A stretch of DNA of 64,000 nt from Bacteroidetes bacterium UBA6183 (GCA_002422865.1 DITN01000087.1:25084-89083), one strand, 5' to 3'; positions 9,873 to 20,247 are shown, counted from the first letter of the stretch. Notes: generated by a model not told the origin, from the letters alone. Made by a program: numbers and translations.

Positions 9873-10420
9873 ACTGACTTCACCAATAAACACTAAATCT
9901 GTTGGGTATCACAAAAGTTTAACTTTATCTCTTTTCGTTTAAGAAAGTCTTAACTCATAGATGTTAAGTTAAATCAACCATACATGATTCATAGCAAATT
10001 CATTAAACATTCAACGAGTTTGAATGATAGAAAATGTTTGAATGACTCTGCACGGCACATGAGATTTTTGCGTAACAAGTAAGTGCAGTTGTATTTACGT
10101 TGGGCTTAGTAAGCAATTCCCGGAGCTTCGTTCGGGATGTGCCACCGGAAATGAAGCGCAGCGAAATGGCTTGGATTGCGCGGAATACAACAAGCGTAAC
10201 TTGTAGCAAAAAAATCATAAGCCTTGAATTTTTTGGATACTTTTTGTTTCAAGACAACTGCGCAGCAATCAATGAGGCAAAAAAACAATAAATAACAACG
10301 AGTTAAAAAGTATCGCGGGTTTGGGGTGCAACCACAAGAAACCAAGTAGAAACACATAGTGCTAAATTAGCATCACGCTTACTCAAGTCATTGTATTTAT
10401 AAAAATATAACCCTTACTTT

Positions 10421-10828
10421 GTGTTGATATTGAAAGCAGCTAAATACATATTACTTTTTGTACTTACTACAAGTATTACCCTACCCGATGCAATTATGCA
10501 CCAGGTTTTAAGGTTACCTGCATTGGCTGCACATTACTATCATCATTTAACTGAGCACGAATCTATTGGTGTGATTGCATTTATAGAATTGCATTACGGT
10601 AATACCGAACACATGCAAACCGATGCGCATGAGCACGAAAATTTACCGGGCACACAAAAACAACAGCACTGCCAACATGCACAAGTTATTCCTGTTGCAG
10701 TAACTGCTTTTGGCATAGATATTCAACACCCCGAGTTTAATGCTAAAGCTGAGCTTTTTGCTGTTATTAATGAACATGTGCCAAGCAACAATGCCGCATC
10801 AATATGGCAACCACCTAAACTTGCTTAA
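10421..10828 (+). CDS. His-rich small secreted/membrane-anchored protein upstream of the heavy-metal RND pump. The start is uncertain (TTG/GTG).
   Basis: N-terminal hydrophobic segment, then 'HYYHHLTEHE...HYGNTEHMQTDAHEHENLPGTQKQQHCQHAQ' with at least 14 His. Lies directly upstream of czcA. Confidence 0.55.
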   Translation: MLILKAAKYILLFVLTTSITLPDAIMHQVLRLPALAAHYYHHLTEHESIGVIAFIELHYGNTEHMQTDAHEHENLPGTQKQQHCQHAQVIPVAVTAFGIDIQHPEFNAKAELFAVINEHVPSNNAASIWQPPKLA

Positions 10829-10844
10829 TTAGGTCTTATTTCTT

Positions 10845-10875
10845 CGCGACAATCCTCGCGCATTATTTTCTTATT
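10845..10875 (+). terminator. GC hairpin plus T-rich tract between the His-rich gene and czcA (attenuator or terminator candidate)
   Basis: Stem CGCGA/TCGCG with loop CAATCC, followed by CATTATTTTCTTATT. Confidence 0.35.
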
Positions 10876-10901
10876 CAAATTATTTTATTCATAGTAAAAC
10901 T

Positions 10902-13900
10902 ATGTTAGAAGCCATTATCCGGTTTAGTGTTCGGAATAAATTTATTGTAGGCTTATTTACGCTTACATTAGTTATTTGGGGTATTTACTCATTGAGTAAA
11001 TTACCTATTGATGCAGTACCCGACATCACCAACAATCAAGTACAAATATTAACAGTAGCACCAAGCAGTGGTGCTGAAGACATTGAACGTTTCGTAACGT
11101 TTCCGGTTGAACAAACCATGGCTACCATTCCCGGTATACATGAAATACGTTCCTTCTCCAGATTTGGTTTGTCGGTTGTAACCATTGTGTTTGATGATGA
11201 CGTTGATGTGTATTGGGCACGCCAACAGGTAAACGAACGCCTTGGCATGGCCAAAGAACAAATTCCTACAGGAATGGGCAGTCCGGAACTTGCACCACTT
11301 ACAACAGGTTTAGGAGAGATCTTTCAGTATGTTATTCATACCAAACCCGGCTACGAAAAAAAATACGATGCCATGCAATTGCGCACCATACAAGATTGGA
11401 TTGTACGCAGGCAATTATTAGGCACAAAAGGTGTAGCAGATGTAAGTAGTTTTGGTGGCAAACTCAAACAATATGAAATAGCCATTCAAACAGAAAAACT
11501 GAGGAGCTTAAATATTAGTATTAACGAGGTTTACCAAGCACTTCAAACCAATAACCAAAATACCGGTGGCGCTTACATCGATAAAAAACCTAATGCCTAT
11601 TTTATACGTACCGAAGGTTTAATTACTAGCAAGGAAGACATTGAAAACATTGTAGTAAAAAACACCTCAAACGGTATTCCTATTTTAATAAAAAATATTG
11701 GCGAAGTAAAATTAGGATCGGCTATTCGATATGGTGCGATGACGCGCAACAATCAGGGTGAAGTGGTTGGTGCAGTGGTAATGATGCTGAAAGGAGAAAA
11801 CTCCTCTCAGGTTATTAAAAACGTAAAAGAGCGTATTGCACAAATAGAAAAAACCTTACCGGAAGGTGTTGTTATTGAACCCTTTTTAGACAGAACCAAA
11901 TTGGTAAACAATGCCATTGGTACAGTAAGTAAAAACCTATTAGAAGGCGCGCTGATTGTAATTTTTGTTTTGGTGTTGATGCTTGGTAATTTCAGGGCAG
12001 GGTTGGTTGTGGCATCTGTAATTCCATTGGCCATGTTGTTTGCCGTGTCTATGATGAATTTATTTGGTGTATCGGGTAACTTAATGAGTTTGGGTGCAAT
12101 TGATTTTGGTTTGATTGTAGACGGGGCTGTAATTATTGTTGAATCAACTTTACATTATTTAGGGCTTAGAAAAAGAACAACAACACTTACCCAACAACAC
12201 ATGAATAGTGAGGTTGAACACTCCGCGTCAAAAATTATGAAGAGTGCCATCTTTGGGCAAATAATCATTTTAATAGTTTACATCCCAATTTTGGCATTGG
12301 TTGGCATTGAAGGTAAAATGTTTAGACCCATGGCGCAAACCGTAAGTTTTGCCATTATTGGTGCGGCAATTTTATCGCTTACTTATGTTCCTATGATGAG
12401 TGCTTTGGTGTTGAGTAAAAAAGTAAGTCATGTGCCAACTTTCTCCGATAAAATGATTGCCAAACTTCAGGTAATATACCATGATGTTTTCGTTTGGGTA
12501 ATTCGTAAACAAGCCGTAGTGTTAAGTACAATCGTAATAATTTTTGTAGGCAGTATTGCTTTATTTATGACCTTAGGTGGTGAGTTTATTCCGCAATTAG
12601 ATGAAGGTGATTTTGCGGTTGAAACCCGCATTATGACAGGAAGTAGTTTGAGTGAAACGGTAGATGCCGCACAAAAATCTGCGCGAGTGTTGCTAGATAA
12701 TTTCCCTGAAGTAAAAGAAGTAGTTGGTAAAATTGGTTCATCAGAAATTCCAACAGACCCCATGCCTGTAGAGGCTTGTGATTTGATGGTAATTTTAAAA
12801 GAAAAGGATGAGTGGACTTCAGCCGAAACTCGAGAAGAGTTGGCTGAAAAGATGCAACATAAACTGGAAGAAAATATGGTTGGTGTGAGTTATGGTTTTC
12901 AGCAGCCCATACAAATGCGTTTTAACGAGTTAATGACCGGAGCAAGACAAGATGTGGTGGTGAAAATTTATGGTGAAGACTTGAATCAACTTGCACACTA
13001 CGCAAAACTTGTTGGTGCCATTGCACAAAAAACCGAAGGTGCTTCTGATGTGTATGTTGAACAAGTTGGCGGTTTACCTCAGGTAGTAGTGAATTATTAC
13101 CGCGATAAAATTGCCTTGTTTGGATTGAATATTAGTGATGTAAACATGGCCATACGTGCAGGTTTTGCAGGAGAAAGCGCAGGTTTGGTATTTGAAAACG
13201 AAAAACGTTTTGACATGGTGGTTAGGCTTGATGCCAGTAATAGAACCGATATTGAAGATGTAAGAAATTTATTTGTTACCACACCAAAAGGAGATCAAAT
13301 TCCGATTAGGCAATTGGCTGATGTGCAACTAAAAGTTGGACCAAATCAAATACAACGCGATGATGCCAAGCGCAGAATTGTAGTGGGCTTTAATGTACGC
13401 AACAGCGATATTCAAACTGTAGTTGATAATCTTAAAAAATCGATTGATAAAGAAATTAAGTTTGAGCCCGGTTACTACACCACTTATGGTGGTGCATTTA
13501 AAAACCTGGAAGATGCCCGTAACCGCTTAGCGGTAGCCGTTCCTATCGCCTTGTTATTAATTTTTATGTTGTTGTTTTTCACCTTCCACTCGTTTAAACA
13601 AGCGGCATTAATATTTACTGCTATACCTTTAAGTACCATTGGTGGTATTGTAGCATTATGGATGCGCGATATGCCATTTAGTATATCGGCAGGTATTGGT
13701 TTTATTGCCTTGTTTGGTGTAGCGGTATTAAATGGTATTGTGTTAATTGGCGAGTTTAATCACCTTAAATTAAACGAAACCAAAAATCCATTGGAGATTA
13801 TTATTCGTGGTGCATCAAGCAGGTTACGCCCTGTGCTTATGACAGCATTAGTTGCTTCATTAGGATTTTTACCCATGGCACTATCGCACGGTAGCGGTGC

Positions 13901-15266
13901 TGAGGTGCAAAAACCATTGGCAACAGTAGTAATTGGAGGATTGGTATCGGCCACGTTTTTAACCTTATTTATTTTACCGGTATTGTATTTATTGTTTGAA
14001 AAAAGAGCCTACTTAAAAAGCAAAAAAGTAACATTGGTGTTACCGTTAATATTTTTATTGGGGTTGAATGCTATTGCACAAACAAACCAAAACTTAAGCA
14101 TGCAAGAGGCAGTACAACAAGCCTTGAGTAATAATGCGGGTATAGCAGCTAATCAAACCAACATTAACTACCAAAAGGTAATTAAACGTACCGCAACCGA
14201 ATTGCCTAAAACAGATTTTACATACATGCAGGGGCAATACAACAGCTTTTATAAAAACGATAATAACCTTACCGTTACACAAAGCATTCCGTTTCCTACC
14301 TTGTTTGTTGCGCAACAAAAATTAGGCAACAACCTAATAAAGGCTGGAGAATTGCAACTACAGCATGTAAAAAACAATTTGGCATTAGAGGTAAAACAAA
14401 CCTACACACAGCTGCAGTATTTGTATGCGCAACAAACTCTGTTACAAAAAACCGATAGCATTTATCGAAACTTTGCACGTGCTGCTTTATTAAGGTATGA
14501 TGCAGGGGAAGCAACTTTGCTCGAAAAATCTACTGCGCAAATGCATTTAATGGAGGCACAAAATCAGCTTAACCAAAACAAGTTGGAGGTTGATGCTACC
14601 TTGTTTCAATTGATGGCATTATTAAATTCAAGTAACACCATTACATTAAAAGAAAACGAACTACAACCGGTGTTACCACAACTCAATATTGATTCAACCC
14701 AAATAAAAAACAACGCGATGTTGGCTTACATGCAACAGCAAATAAATATAGCCCAACAACAAAAAAATGTAGAGTTAAATAAAACCTTACCCGATTTAAA
14801 GGTGGGTTATTTTAACCAAACACTTATTGGTTCGGTAAACTATGCCGATGCAAGTATTGCCGGTTCCGGCACACGTTTTCAAGGATTTTTATTGGGTGTA
14901 AATATTCCGCTTTGGTATTTCCCAAATGCATCCAAGATAAGGGCGGCTAACTTACAATCGCGCATTTCACAGCAGTATTACCAACAGTACGAAATTAGTT
15001 TAAACAACGAACACAAAACAGCAATTGCTGAATACAAACGTGCCAAAAACAATTTAGATTATTACATCAACAGTGCTTTACCAAATGCAGAGCTGGTGCT
15101 TAATCAGGCACAAAAATCATACAAGCAAGGCGATATTAGTTACACCGAATATTTAAATGCCATACGCAACGCAACTTTAATTAAACAAGATTATTGGCTT
15201 GCCGTTAAAAACCATAACAACTCCATATTTAAACTCCAGTTTTTGGCCGGAATTAATGAAAAATAA
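10902..15266 (+). CDS. czcA: heavy-metal-efflux RND permease (CzcA/CusA family) fused in-frame to a TolC-like outer-membrane factor (CzcC-like)
   Basis: 1454 aa. The N-terminal roughly 1040 aa is classic CzcA, 'AVPDITNNQVQILT...' with 12 transmembrane segments. After 'LFEKRA' comes an internal signal-peptide-like 'KKVTLVLPLIFLLGLNAIAQ'. It is followed by about 400 aa of TolC/OMF-like repeats ('LSMQEAVQQALSNN', coiled-coil, beta-barrel). Confidence 0.85.
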   Translation: MLEAIIRFSVRNKFIVGLFTLTLVIWGIYSLSKLPIDAVPDITNNQVQILTVAPSSGAEDIERFVTFPVEQTMATIPGIHEIRSFSRFGLSVVTIVFDDDVDVYWARQQVNERLGMAKEQIPTGMGSPELAPLTTGLGEIFQYVIHTKPGYEKKYDAMQLRTIQDWIVRRQLLGTKGVADVSSFGGKLKQYEIAIQTEKLRSLNISINEVYQALQTNNQNTGGAYIDKKPNAYFIRTEGLITSKEDIENIVVKNTSNGIPILIKNIGEVKLGSAIRYGAMTRNNQGEVVGAVVMMLKGENSSQVIKNVKERIAQIEKTLPEGVVIEPFLDRTKLVNNAIGTVSKNLLEGALIVIFVLVLMLGNFRAGLVVASVIPLAMLFAVSMMNLFGVSGNLMSLGAIDFGLIVDGAVIIVESTLHYLGLRKRTTTLTQQHMNSEVEHSASKIMKSAIFGQIIILIVYIPILALVGIEGKMFRPMAQTVSFAIIGAAILSLTYVPMMSALVLSKKVSHVPTFSDKMIAKLQVIYHDVFVWVIRKQAVVLSTIVIIFVGSIALFMTLGGEFIPQLDEGDFAVETRIMTGSSLSETVDAAQKSARVLLDNFPEVKEVVGKIGSSEIPTDPMPVEACDLMVILKEKDEWTSAETREELAEKMQHKLEENMVGVSYGFQQPIQMRFNELMTGARQDVVVKIYGEDLNQLAHYAKLVGAIAQKTEGASDVYVEQVGGLPQVVVNYYRDKIALFGLNISDVNMAIRAGFAGESAGLVFENEKRFDMVVRLDASNRTDIEDVRNLFVTTPKGDQIPIRQLADVQLKVGPNQIQRDDAKRRIVVGFNVRNSDIQTVVDNLKKSIDKEIKFEPGYYTTYGGAFKNLEDARNRLAVAVPIALLLIFMLLFFTFHSFKQAALIFTAIPLSTIGGIVALWMRDMPFSISAGIGFIALFGVAVLNGIVLIGEFNHLKLNETKNPLEIIIRGASSRLRPVLMTALVASLGFLPMALSHGSGAEVQKPLATVVIGGLVSATFLTLFILPVLYLLFEKRAYLKSKKVTLVLPLIFLLGLNAIAQTNQNLSMQEAVQQALSNNAGIAANQTNINYQKVIKRTATELPKTDFTYMQGQYNSFYKNDNNLTVTQSIPFPTLFVAQQKLGNNLIKAGELQLQHVKNNLALEVKQTYTQLQYLYAQQTLLQKTDSIYRNFARAALLRYDAGEATLLEKSTAQMHLMEAQNQLNQNKLEVDATLFQLMALLNSSNTITLKENELQPVLPQLNIDSTQIKNNAMLAYMQQQINIAQQQKNVELNKTLPDLKVGYFNQTLIGSVNYADASIAGSGTRFQGFLLGVNIPLWYFPNASKIRAANLQSRISQQYYQQYEISLNNEHKTAIAEYKRAKNNLDYYINSALPNAELVLNQAQKSYKQGDISYTEYLNAIRNATLIKQDYWLAVKNHNNSIFKLQFLAGINEK

Positions 15267-15270
15267 CATC

Positions 15271-16428
15271 ATGAAAAATTTAAAATATAAGATCATACTT
15301 ATAGCCGCAACTGTTTTATTGGGCGTGGCTTGTGGTAATAAAAATCAACCCGAAGTTGCCGAGATAACTACTGATAGCACCTCAAAAGAAATCATTGTTT
15401 TATCATCAACCCAGTTTAACAATGCGGGAATTGTTCTAGCAAAACCTATTAGCCAAAACATCAACCAAAAAATAAAAGCAAATGGTAAACTAGATGTGCC
15501 ACCACAAAATTTGGTAAGTGTATCTGCGCCTTACGGTGGTTTCCTAAAAAGCACAACCTTGTTACAAGGTATGCATGTGCATAAAGGCGAGGTAATTGCA
15601 CAAATGGAACACCCTGATTACATTCAGTTACAGCAAGATTATTTAGAGAATAAAAGCACACTTACTTATTTAAAAAACGAACTCGATAGGCAACAAGAAT
15701 TGGCTAAAGAAGAAGTAAACAGCAAAAAAACATTACAAAAAGCCAAAACAGATTTTGAGGTAATGCAAGCCCGCGTTAATGGTTTGCGCGCCAAATTAGA
15801 GTTAATAAATATTGACGTAGTTAAACTAGAGAAAGGTACCATGCAAAAAGTGGTTGCATTAACATCGCCCATCAACGGTTATGTAACCAAGGTAAATGTA
15901 AACATTGGTGCGTTTGTAACAGCCAATACCGTTCTGTTTGAAATTGTAGATACCGAACATTTACATGCAGAAATTAGTGTGTTTGAAAAAGACATACACC
16001 ACATAAAAATTGGTCAGAAAGTAGCATTTACTTTGGCCAATGAAAACCAAGAACGTTTTGCTAAGGTACATTTAATTGGCAGGGAGATTAGTGACGACCG
16101 AACTGTTCGTGTGCATTGTCATTTAAACCAAGAAGACAAAGACCTGTTACCGGGTATGTATTTAACGGCTTATATTGATGTAAAAGCCAGTACTAACAAT
16201 ACTTTACCCAGCAATGCCTTTGTTGATTTTGAGGGTAAATCGTATGTGTTTTTGTTGAGTAAAAAACTAAACGACAGTTATACTTTTGCCCGTATTGAGG
16301 TAGAGAAACTTGGCGAAGAAAATGGATTTACAGCCTTTACATCAACCCAGGAATTAAACAATAAAGACATTGTTACCGAAGGGGCATATAAGTTGCTTTC
16401 GGCTATGCAAGGTGGCGAGGAAGAATAG
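15271..16428 (+). CDS. efflux RND periplasmic adaptor (membrane fusion protein, CzcB-like) lipoprotein. An alternative start at 15256 overlaps the czcA stop.
   Basis: 'MKNLKYKIILIAATVLLGVAC' carries a lipobox. Biotinyl/lipoyl-like and beta-barrel membrane-fusion-protein segments are present. The ORF-track extension to 15199 runs into czcA and is unlikely. Confidence 0.85.
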   Translation: MKNLKYKIILIAATVLLGVACGNKNQPEVAEITTDSTSKEIIVLSSTQFNNAGIVLAKPISQNINQKIKANGKLDVPPQNLVSVSAPYGGFLKSTTLLQGMHVHKGEVIAQMEHPDYIQLQQDYLENKSTLTYLKNELDRQQELAKEEVNSKKTLQKAKTDFEVMQARVNGLRAKLELINIDVVKLEKGTMQKVVALTSPINGYVTKVNVNIGAFVTANTVLFEIVDTEHLHAEISVFEKDIHHIKIGQKVAFTLANENQERFAKVHLIGREISDDRTVRVHCHLNQEDKDLLPGMYLTAYIDVKASTNNTLPSNAFVDFEGKSYVFLLSKKLNDSYTFARIEVEKLGEENGFTAFTSTQELNNKDIVTEGAYKLLSAMQGGEEE

Positions 16429-16449
16429 ATAAATAAAAAAGACCGCGCG

Positions 16450-18156
16450 TTAACTTCTAAACAAAATGTCTTTGATGTTGAGTTGGAGGTTAACGTGCCC
16501 GTTAAAATGGTTTTCTTCTACAGTGTAACAAATATCAAACGATATACCTTGAGATACTTTGTCGTAATGCTCGCCTAAACCAAATGCAATGGCCTTAAAA
16601 ATACGTCCGCCATCTTCTTGGGTGATGCTCATTTTTAAGTGATTGTTTCCAACGATCATTACATCGCCAACTTCCCAAACATTTTTGCTCATAAACACCG
16701 GGTTTTGATTGCCCGGACCAAATGGTGAAAACTGCTTTAGCACATTAAAAAACTTTGGAGATATGGAACGAAGCGGAATTTCAGCATCGTACTCAATCTC
16801 TGGGGTTAAGCTGCGCTCTTCAATGTTTGATGAAACAATGCGTTCAAACTTTTCGGCAAATGGTTTTACGTTTTCAAGTTTTAACGTTAAGCCGGCTGCG
16901 TGTGTATGACCACCATATTGTTCCAATAAATCACTGCACTCTTCGATGGCGCTGTATAAATCAAAACCTTCGACCGAACGCGCACTACCTGTGGCAAGTC
17001 CGTTGCTTTCGGTTAAAATGATGGTTGGGCGATAAAATTTTTCTATTAAACGTGAAGCCACAATACCAATAACACCTTTGTGCCATGCGTTGTTAAACAA
17101 TACCGTTGATTTGCGGTCGGCAAATTTTTCGTCATGTTTAATCATTTCAAAAGCCTGCAAGGTAATATCGCTATCAAATAGCCTTCGTTCGGTATTGTGC
17201 TGATTAACCAATTCTGCAATTTCTTTTGCAGTGGCATAATCGTTTGATGTCATCAATCGAACCGAATCTTTTGCATCAGCAATACGCCCTGCTGCATTAA
17301 TACGCGGACCAATAAAAAACACCACATCACTCACACTGTATTCCGGTTTAACAGCGTATGTATCTAATAAAGCACTTAAGCCTTTATTAGGGTTTGATTT
17401 TAATTTACGCAAACCATGGTGCACCAATATGCGATTTTCGTCTAAAATAGGAACTAAATCGGCCGAAATACTGATGGCCACTAAATCTATGTATTGTTCA
17501 ACCTCAGTAAAGGGAATATTGTGTTTAACCGCGTATGCTTGTATCAATTTAAAACCAATACCACAGCCCGAAAGTTCTTTAAACGGATACGGGCAATTTG
17601 ATTGTTTTGGGTTTAATATAGCTACCGCATCAGGAATAACATCACCGGGTAAATGGTGATCACAAATAATAAAATCAACGCCTTTTTGTTTGGCATAAGC
17701 CACGCGTTCTACCGATTTTATACCACAATCTAATGCAATAATTAATGAGAAGTTATTTTCTGAGGCCCAATCGATACCTTTTACTGAAATTCCATAACCT
17801 TCAATGTATCTGTCCGGAATATAGAAATCTACATGGGGATAACGCGCCATTAAAAAAGCGTAAACAATAGCAACAGAAGTTGTTCCGTCTACATCATAAT
17901 CGCCATAAATCAAAATTTTCTCGTTGGCGGCTATGGCTTGTTCAATCCTGGTAATGGCTTTATCCATACCAAGCATAATAAATGGGTCGTGTAAATCTGC
18001 GTATTGTGGGCGGAAAAACTTTTTAGCAGCCTCAAAAGTAACTATACCCCTTTGGGCCAAAACACCTGAAAGCGTTTTGTTTACGTTGATAGCCGATGAA
18101 AGGTTTTCAACGATATCTTTTGAGGGTTCTTCTTTTGGTAGCCAGCGTTTAGTCAT
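16450..18156 (-). CDS. recJ: single-stranded-DNA-specific exonuclease RecJ
   Basis: DHH motifs 'YGDYDVDGTTS' and 'DCGIKS...DFIICDHH'. A DHHA1 C-terminal domain is present. 568 aa. Confidence 0.92.
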   Translation of the reverse strand: MTKRWLPKEEPSKDIVENLSSAINVNKTLSGVLAQRGIVTFEAAKKFFRPQYADLHDPFIMLGMDKAITRIEQAIAANEKILIYGDYDVDGTTSVAIVYAFLMARYPHVDFYIPDRYIEGYGISVKGIDWASENNFSLIIALDCGIKSVERVAYAKQKGVDFIICDHHLPGDVIPDAVAILNPKQSNCPYPFKELSGCGIGFKLIQAYAVKHNIPFTEVEQYIDLVAISISADLVPILDENRILVHHGLRKLKSNPNKGLSALLDTYAVKPEYSVSDVVFFIGPRINAAGRIADAKDSVRLMTSNDYATAKEIAELVNQHNTERRLFDSDITLQAFEMIKHDEKFADRKSTVLFNNAWHKGVIGIVASRLIEKFYRPTIILTESNGLATGSARSVEGFDLYSAIEECSDLLEQYGGHTHAAGLTLKLENVKPFAEKFERIVSSNIEERSLTPEIEYDAEIPLRSISPKFFNVLKQFSPFGPGNQNPVFMSKNVWEVGDVMIVGNNHLKMSITQEDGGRIFKAIAFGLGEHYDKVSQGISFDICYTVEENHFNGHVNLQLNIKDILFRS

Positions 18157-18212
18157 TTTAAGTGGTGCGAATTTAGTTAAAAATAGCCCAAAAGCCTAAA
18201 CTTAATATTGGT

Positions 18213-19325
18213 CTACTCAACCCAATCGGCTATAAACACGTTGGTATCGCGGGTTCCACCATTGTTTCTGTTTGATGAGAACACTAGTTTTTTCCCGTCA
18301 GGTGAGAACATTGGGAAGGCATTAAACTTGCTTTCAAAAGTAATTTGCTCCAAACCTGTTCCATCTATATTAATCATAAACAACTGAAAGTCGTAACCTT
18401 TATCGCTATGGTGATTTGATGAAAAGATAATTTTATTTCCGCTTGGGTGATAAAAAGGCGCCCAATTGGCTTTGCCTAATTTTGTTACTTGTTGCAAATT
18501 GCTGCCATCTATATTCATGGTAAAAATCTCCATGTTAGTGGGTGCTACCAATCCTTTTGCTAATAAATTTTTATAATCAATGGTGTCTGCGCCTTGCGGA
18601 CGACTAGCTCTAAACACAATTTTACTTCCATCGGGCGAGAAAAATGCACCGCCATCGTAACCTAAAGTGTTGGTCAAACGTTTAACGTTTTTGCCATTAA
18701 TGTCCATGATGTATAAGTCCAAATCACCATCACGGGTTGACGTAAATAAAATTTTATCTCCTTTGGGTGATACAACCGCTTCAGCATCATAGCCGGGTAC
18801 TTCCGTTAGCTGCTTTAATACTTTTCCTTTTTCATCACCAATAAAAATATCATAGTTAGGGTCTATTGACCACAGGTAGCGACCGCTGGTTTCTGGGGCA
18901 GGCGGACATTCGGCACCGGCCTTAAAAGTAGATGCATAAATAACACGTTTATTATCGGGCATGTAGTAGCTACAAGTTGTTCGGCCTTGTAAGTTACTTA
19001 CATTTAAAGGTTGATAGATACGGTTATCTGCAGCTTCCTCAATGTCCATCCAAAAAATTTGGTCACACTTTAAACCCCAAGCCGGGTTGTTACTTTGAAA
19101 CGATAATTTTTTTCCATCAAAACTAAAGTATGCTTCTGCGTTATCGCCACCAAAGGTAAGTTGGCGCAAATTTGAAAAATGTTTTTCTTGAGTTGACACC
19201 TCAACAACCTCGTCCTCTTCAGGATGACTTTGGTTAGGCTCAGGTGGTAAAATACCTGCTATATCTTGGGCGTATAAACAAGGTGCAAAGGCTAAGGCTG
19301 CAAATAAAGTTTTCAGCGTTTTCAT
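18213..19325 (-). CDS. TolB-like periplasmic beta-propeller (PD40/WD40-like repeats) protein
   Basis: Signal peptide 'MKTLKTLFAALAFAPCLYAQ'. Repeated 'FSPDGKKLVFSS' and 'SPKGDKILFTSTRDGDLDLY' PD40 motifs. Confidence 0.8.
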   Translation of the reverse strand: MKTLKTLFAALAFAPCLYAQDIAGILPPEPNQSHPEEDEVVEVSTQEKHFSNLRQLTFGGDNAEAYFSFDGKKLSFQSNNPAWGLKCDQIFWMDIEEAADNRIYQPLNVSNLQGRTTCSYYMPDNKRVIYASTFKAGAECPPAPETSGRYLWSIDPNYDIFIGDEKGKVLKQLTEVPGYDAEAVVSPKGDKILFTSTRDGDLDLYIMDINGKNVKRLTNTLGYDGGAFFSPDGSKIVFRASRPQGADTIDYKNLLAKGLVAPTNMEIFTMNIDGSNLQQVTKLGKANWAPFYHPSGNKIIFSSNHHSDKGYDFQLFMINIDGTGLEQITFESKFNAFPMFSPDGKKLVFSSNRNNGGTRDTNVFIADWVE

Positions 19326-19386
19326 GCCTTGCAAGTAAATACACATTAATAAAACGTTATCCCCAAACCACTTTTAAATGTGAACA

Positions 19387-19671
19387 TCATACTTTAAGAT
19401 ATGATTTTAAGTCTTTAACGTATTTCTCAAAGGCTGTACGTCCTTTAGGAGTTATTTTACAAACAGTTAGCGGATAATTGTTTTTAAACGATTTTGTAAC
19501 AGTTAAATATTCGACTTGTTTAAGTTTATCAATTTGTACACTTAGGTTACCAGCCGTGGCTCCGGTTTTTTCTTTTATATACGTAAACTCAGCCTCGGCC
19601 ACATTCATTAAAATACTCATAATGGCGAGCCGAAGCTGAGCATGCAAAATTGGATCAAGTTCTTTAAACAC
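19387..19671 (-). CDS. winged-helix transcriptional regulator (small, PadR/MarR-like fold)
   Basis: 94 aa. A helix-turn-helix-like segment 'FTYIKEKTGATAGNLSVQIDKLKQVEYL' is present. Overlaps the upstream membrane-protein gene by 8 nt (operon). Confidence 0.6.
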   Translation of the reverse strand: MFKELDPILHAQLRLAIMSILMNVAEAEFTYIKEKTGATAGNLSVQIDKLKQVEYLTVTKSFKNNYPLTVCKITPKGRTAFEKYVKDLKSYLKV

Positions 19672-20236
19672 TTTTGTTTGTTTTACTTTTTAATAAATGC
19701 CCTGGAATAATAAATCCGCCAATTACACCCATTGCAATAAGCAGTAAATGTATTTGGGTTGATGCCCATACAAAACCAACAATTGCCAATAACCAATTTA
19801 ATATTCCGCCATATTGCAAAGGCTTAAATTTTAGCATACCACCCGATACAAAAAGCCAAATGGCATAAATAATCATGATGGTGGGATAAAAAGCTTTCCA
19901 TTGTTGGCCCAAGGGCATTGCAAAACAAATAATAAAAAGTGATATGCTAAAAGCCTTTACAACAATTCCCATACTTTCTGATACATATGTTTTTACGCTG
20001 GGTTGTTTTTCGCGCTTTGATACAAAAAACGTGATGATACCACCTAATGGCATCAAAATAATCCAAGGCAAGCTGTGTACTTCCAGTAAATTAAAATGCA
20101 ATATGATGGCATTACTTATGGCAGCAATAAAAACCAACCAACCCCACATGTAGTAATAAAAACCATTGTCTTTAATGTCTTCTTTGGTGCTGTTAATCAT
20201 TTGTTCAATTACCAGCAATGCTTCTTTTTCATTCAT
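19664..20236 (-). CDS. hypothetical membrane protein (about 5 TM) co-transcribed with the wHTH regulator
   Basis: Hydrophobic segments throughout, 190 aa. Confidence 0.6.
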   Translation of the reverse strand: MNEKEALLVIEQMINSTKEDIKDNGFYYYMWGWLVFIAAISNAIILHFNLLEVHSLPWIILMPLGGIITFFVSKREKQPSVKTYVSESMGIVVKAFSISLFIICFAMPLGQQWKAFYPTIMIIYAIWLFVSGGMLKFKPLQYGGILNWLLAIVGFVWASTQIHLLLIAMGVIGGFIIPGHLLKSKTNKSV

Positions 20237-20247
20237 AACAAACCAAG

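Noticed and set aside
15199-15270. 5' extension of the membrane-fusion protein ORF overlapping the end of czcA
   Set aside because: The lipoprotein signal peptide begins at the Met encoded at 15271 (or 15256). The upstream extension has no signal-peptide character and runs through czcA's C-terminus.
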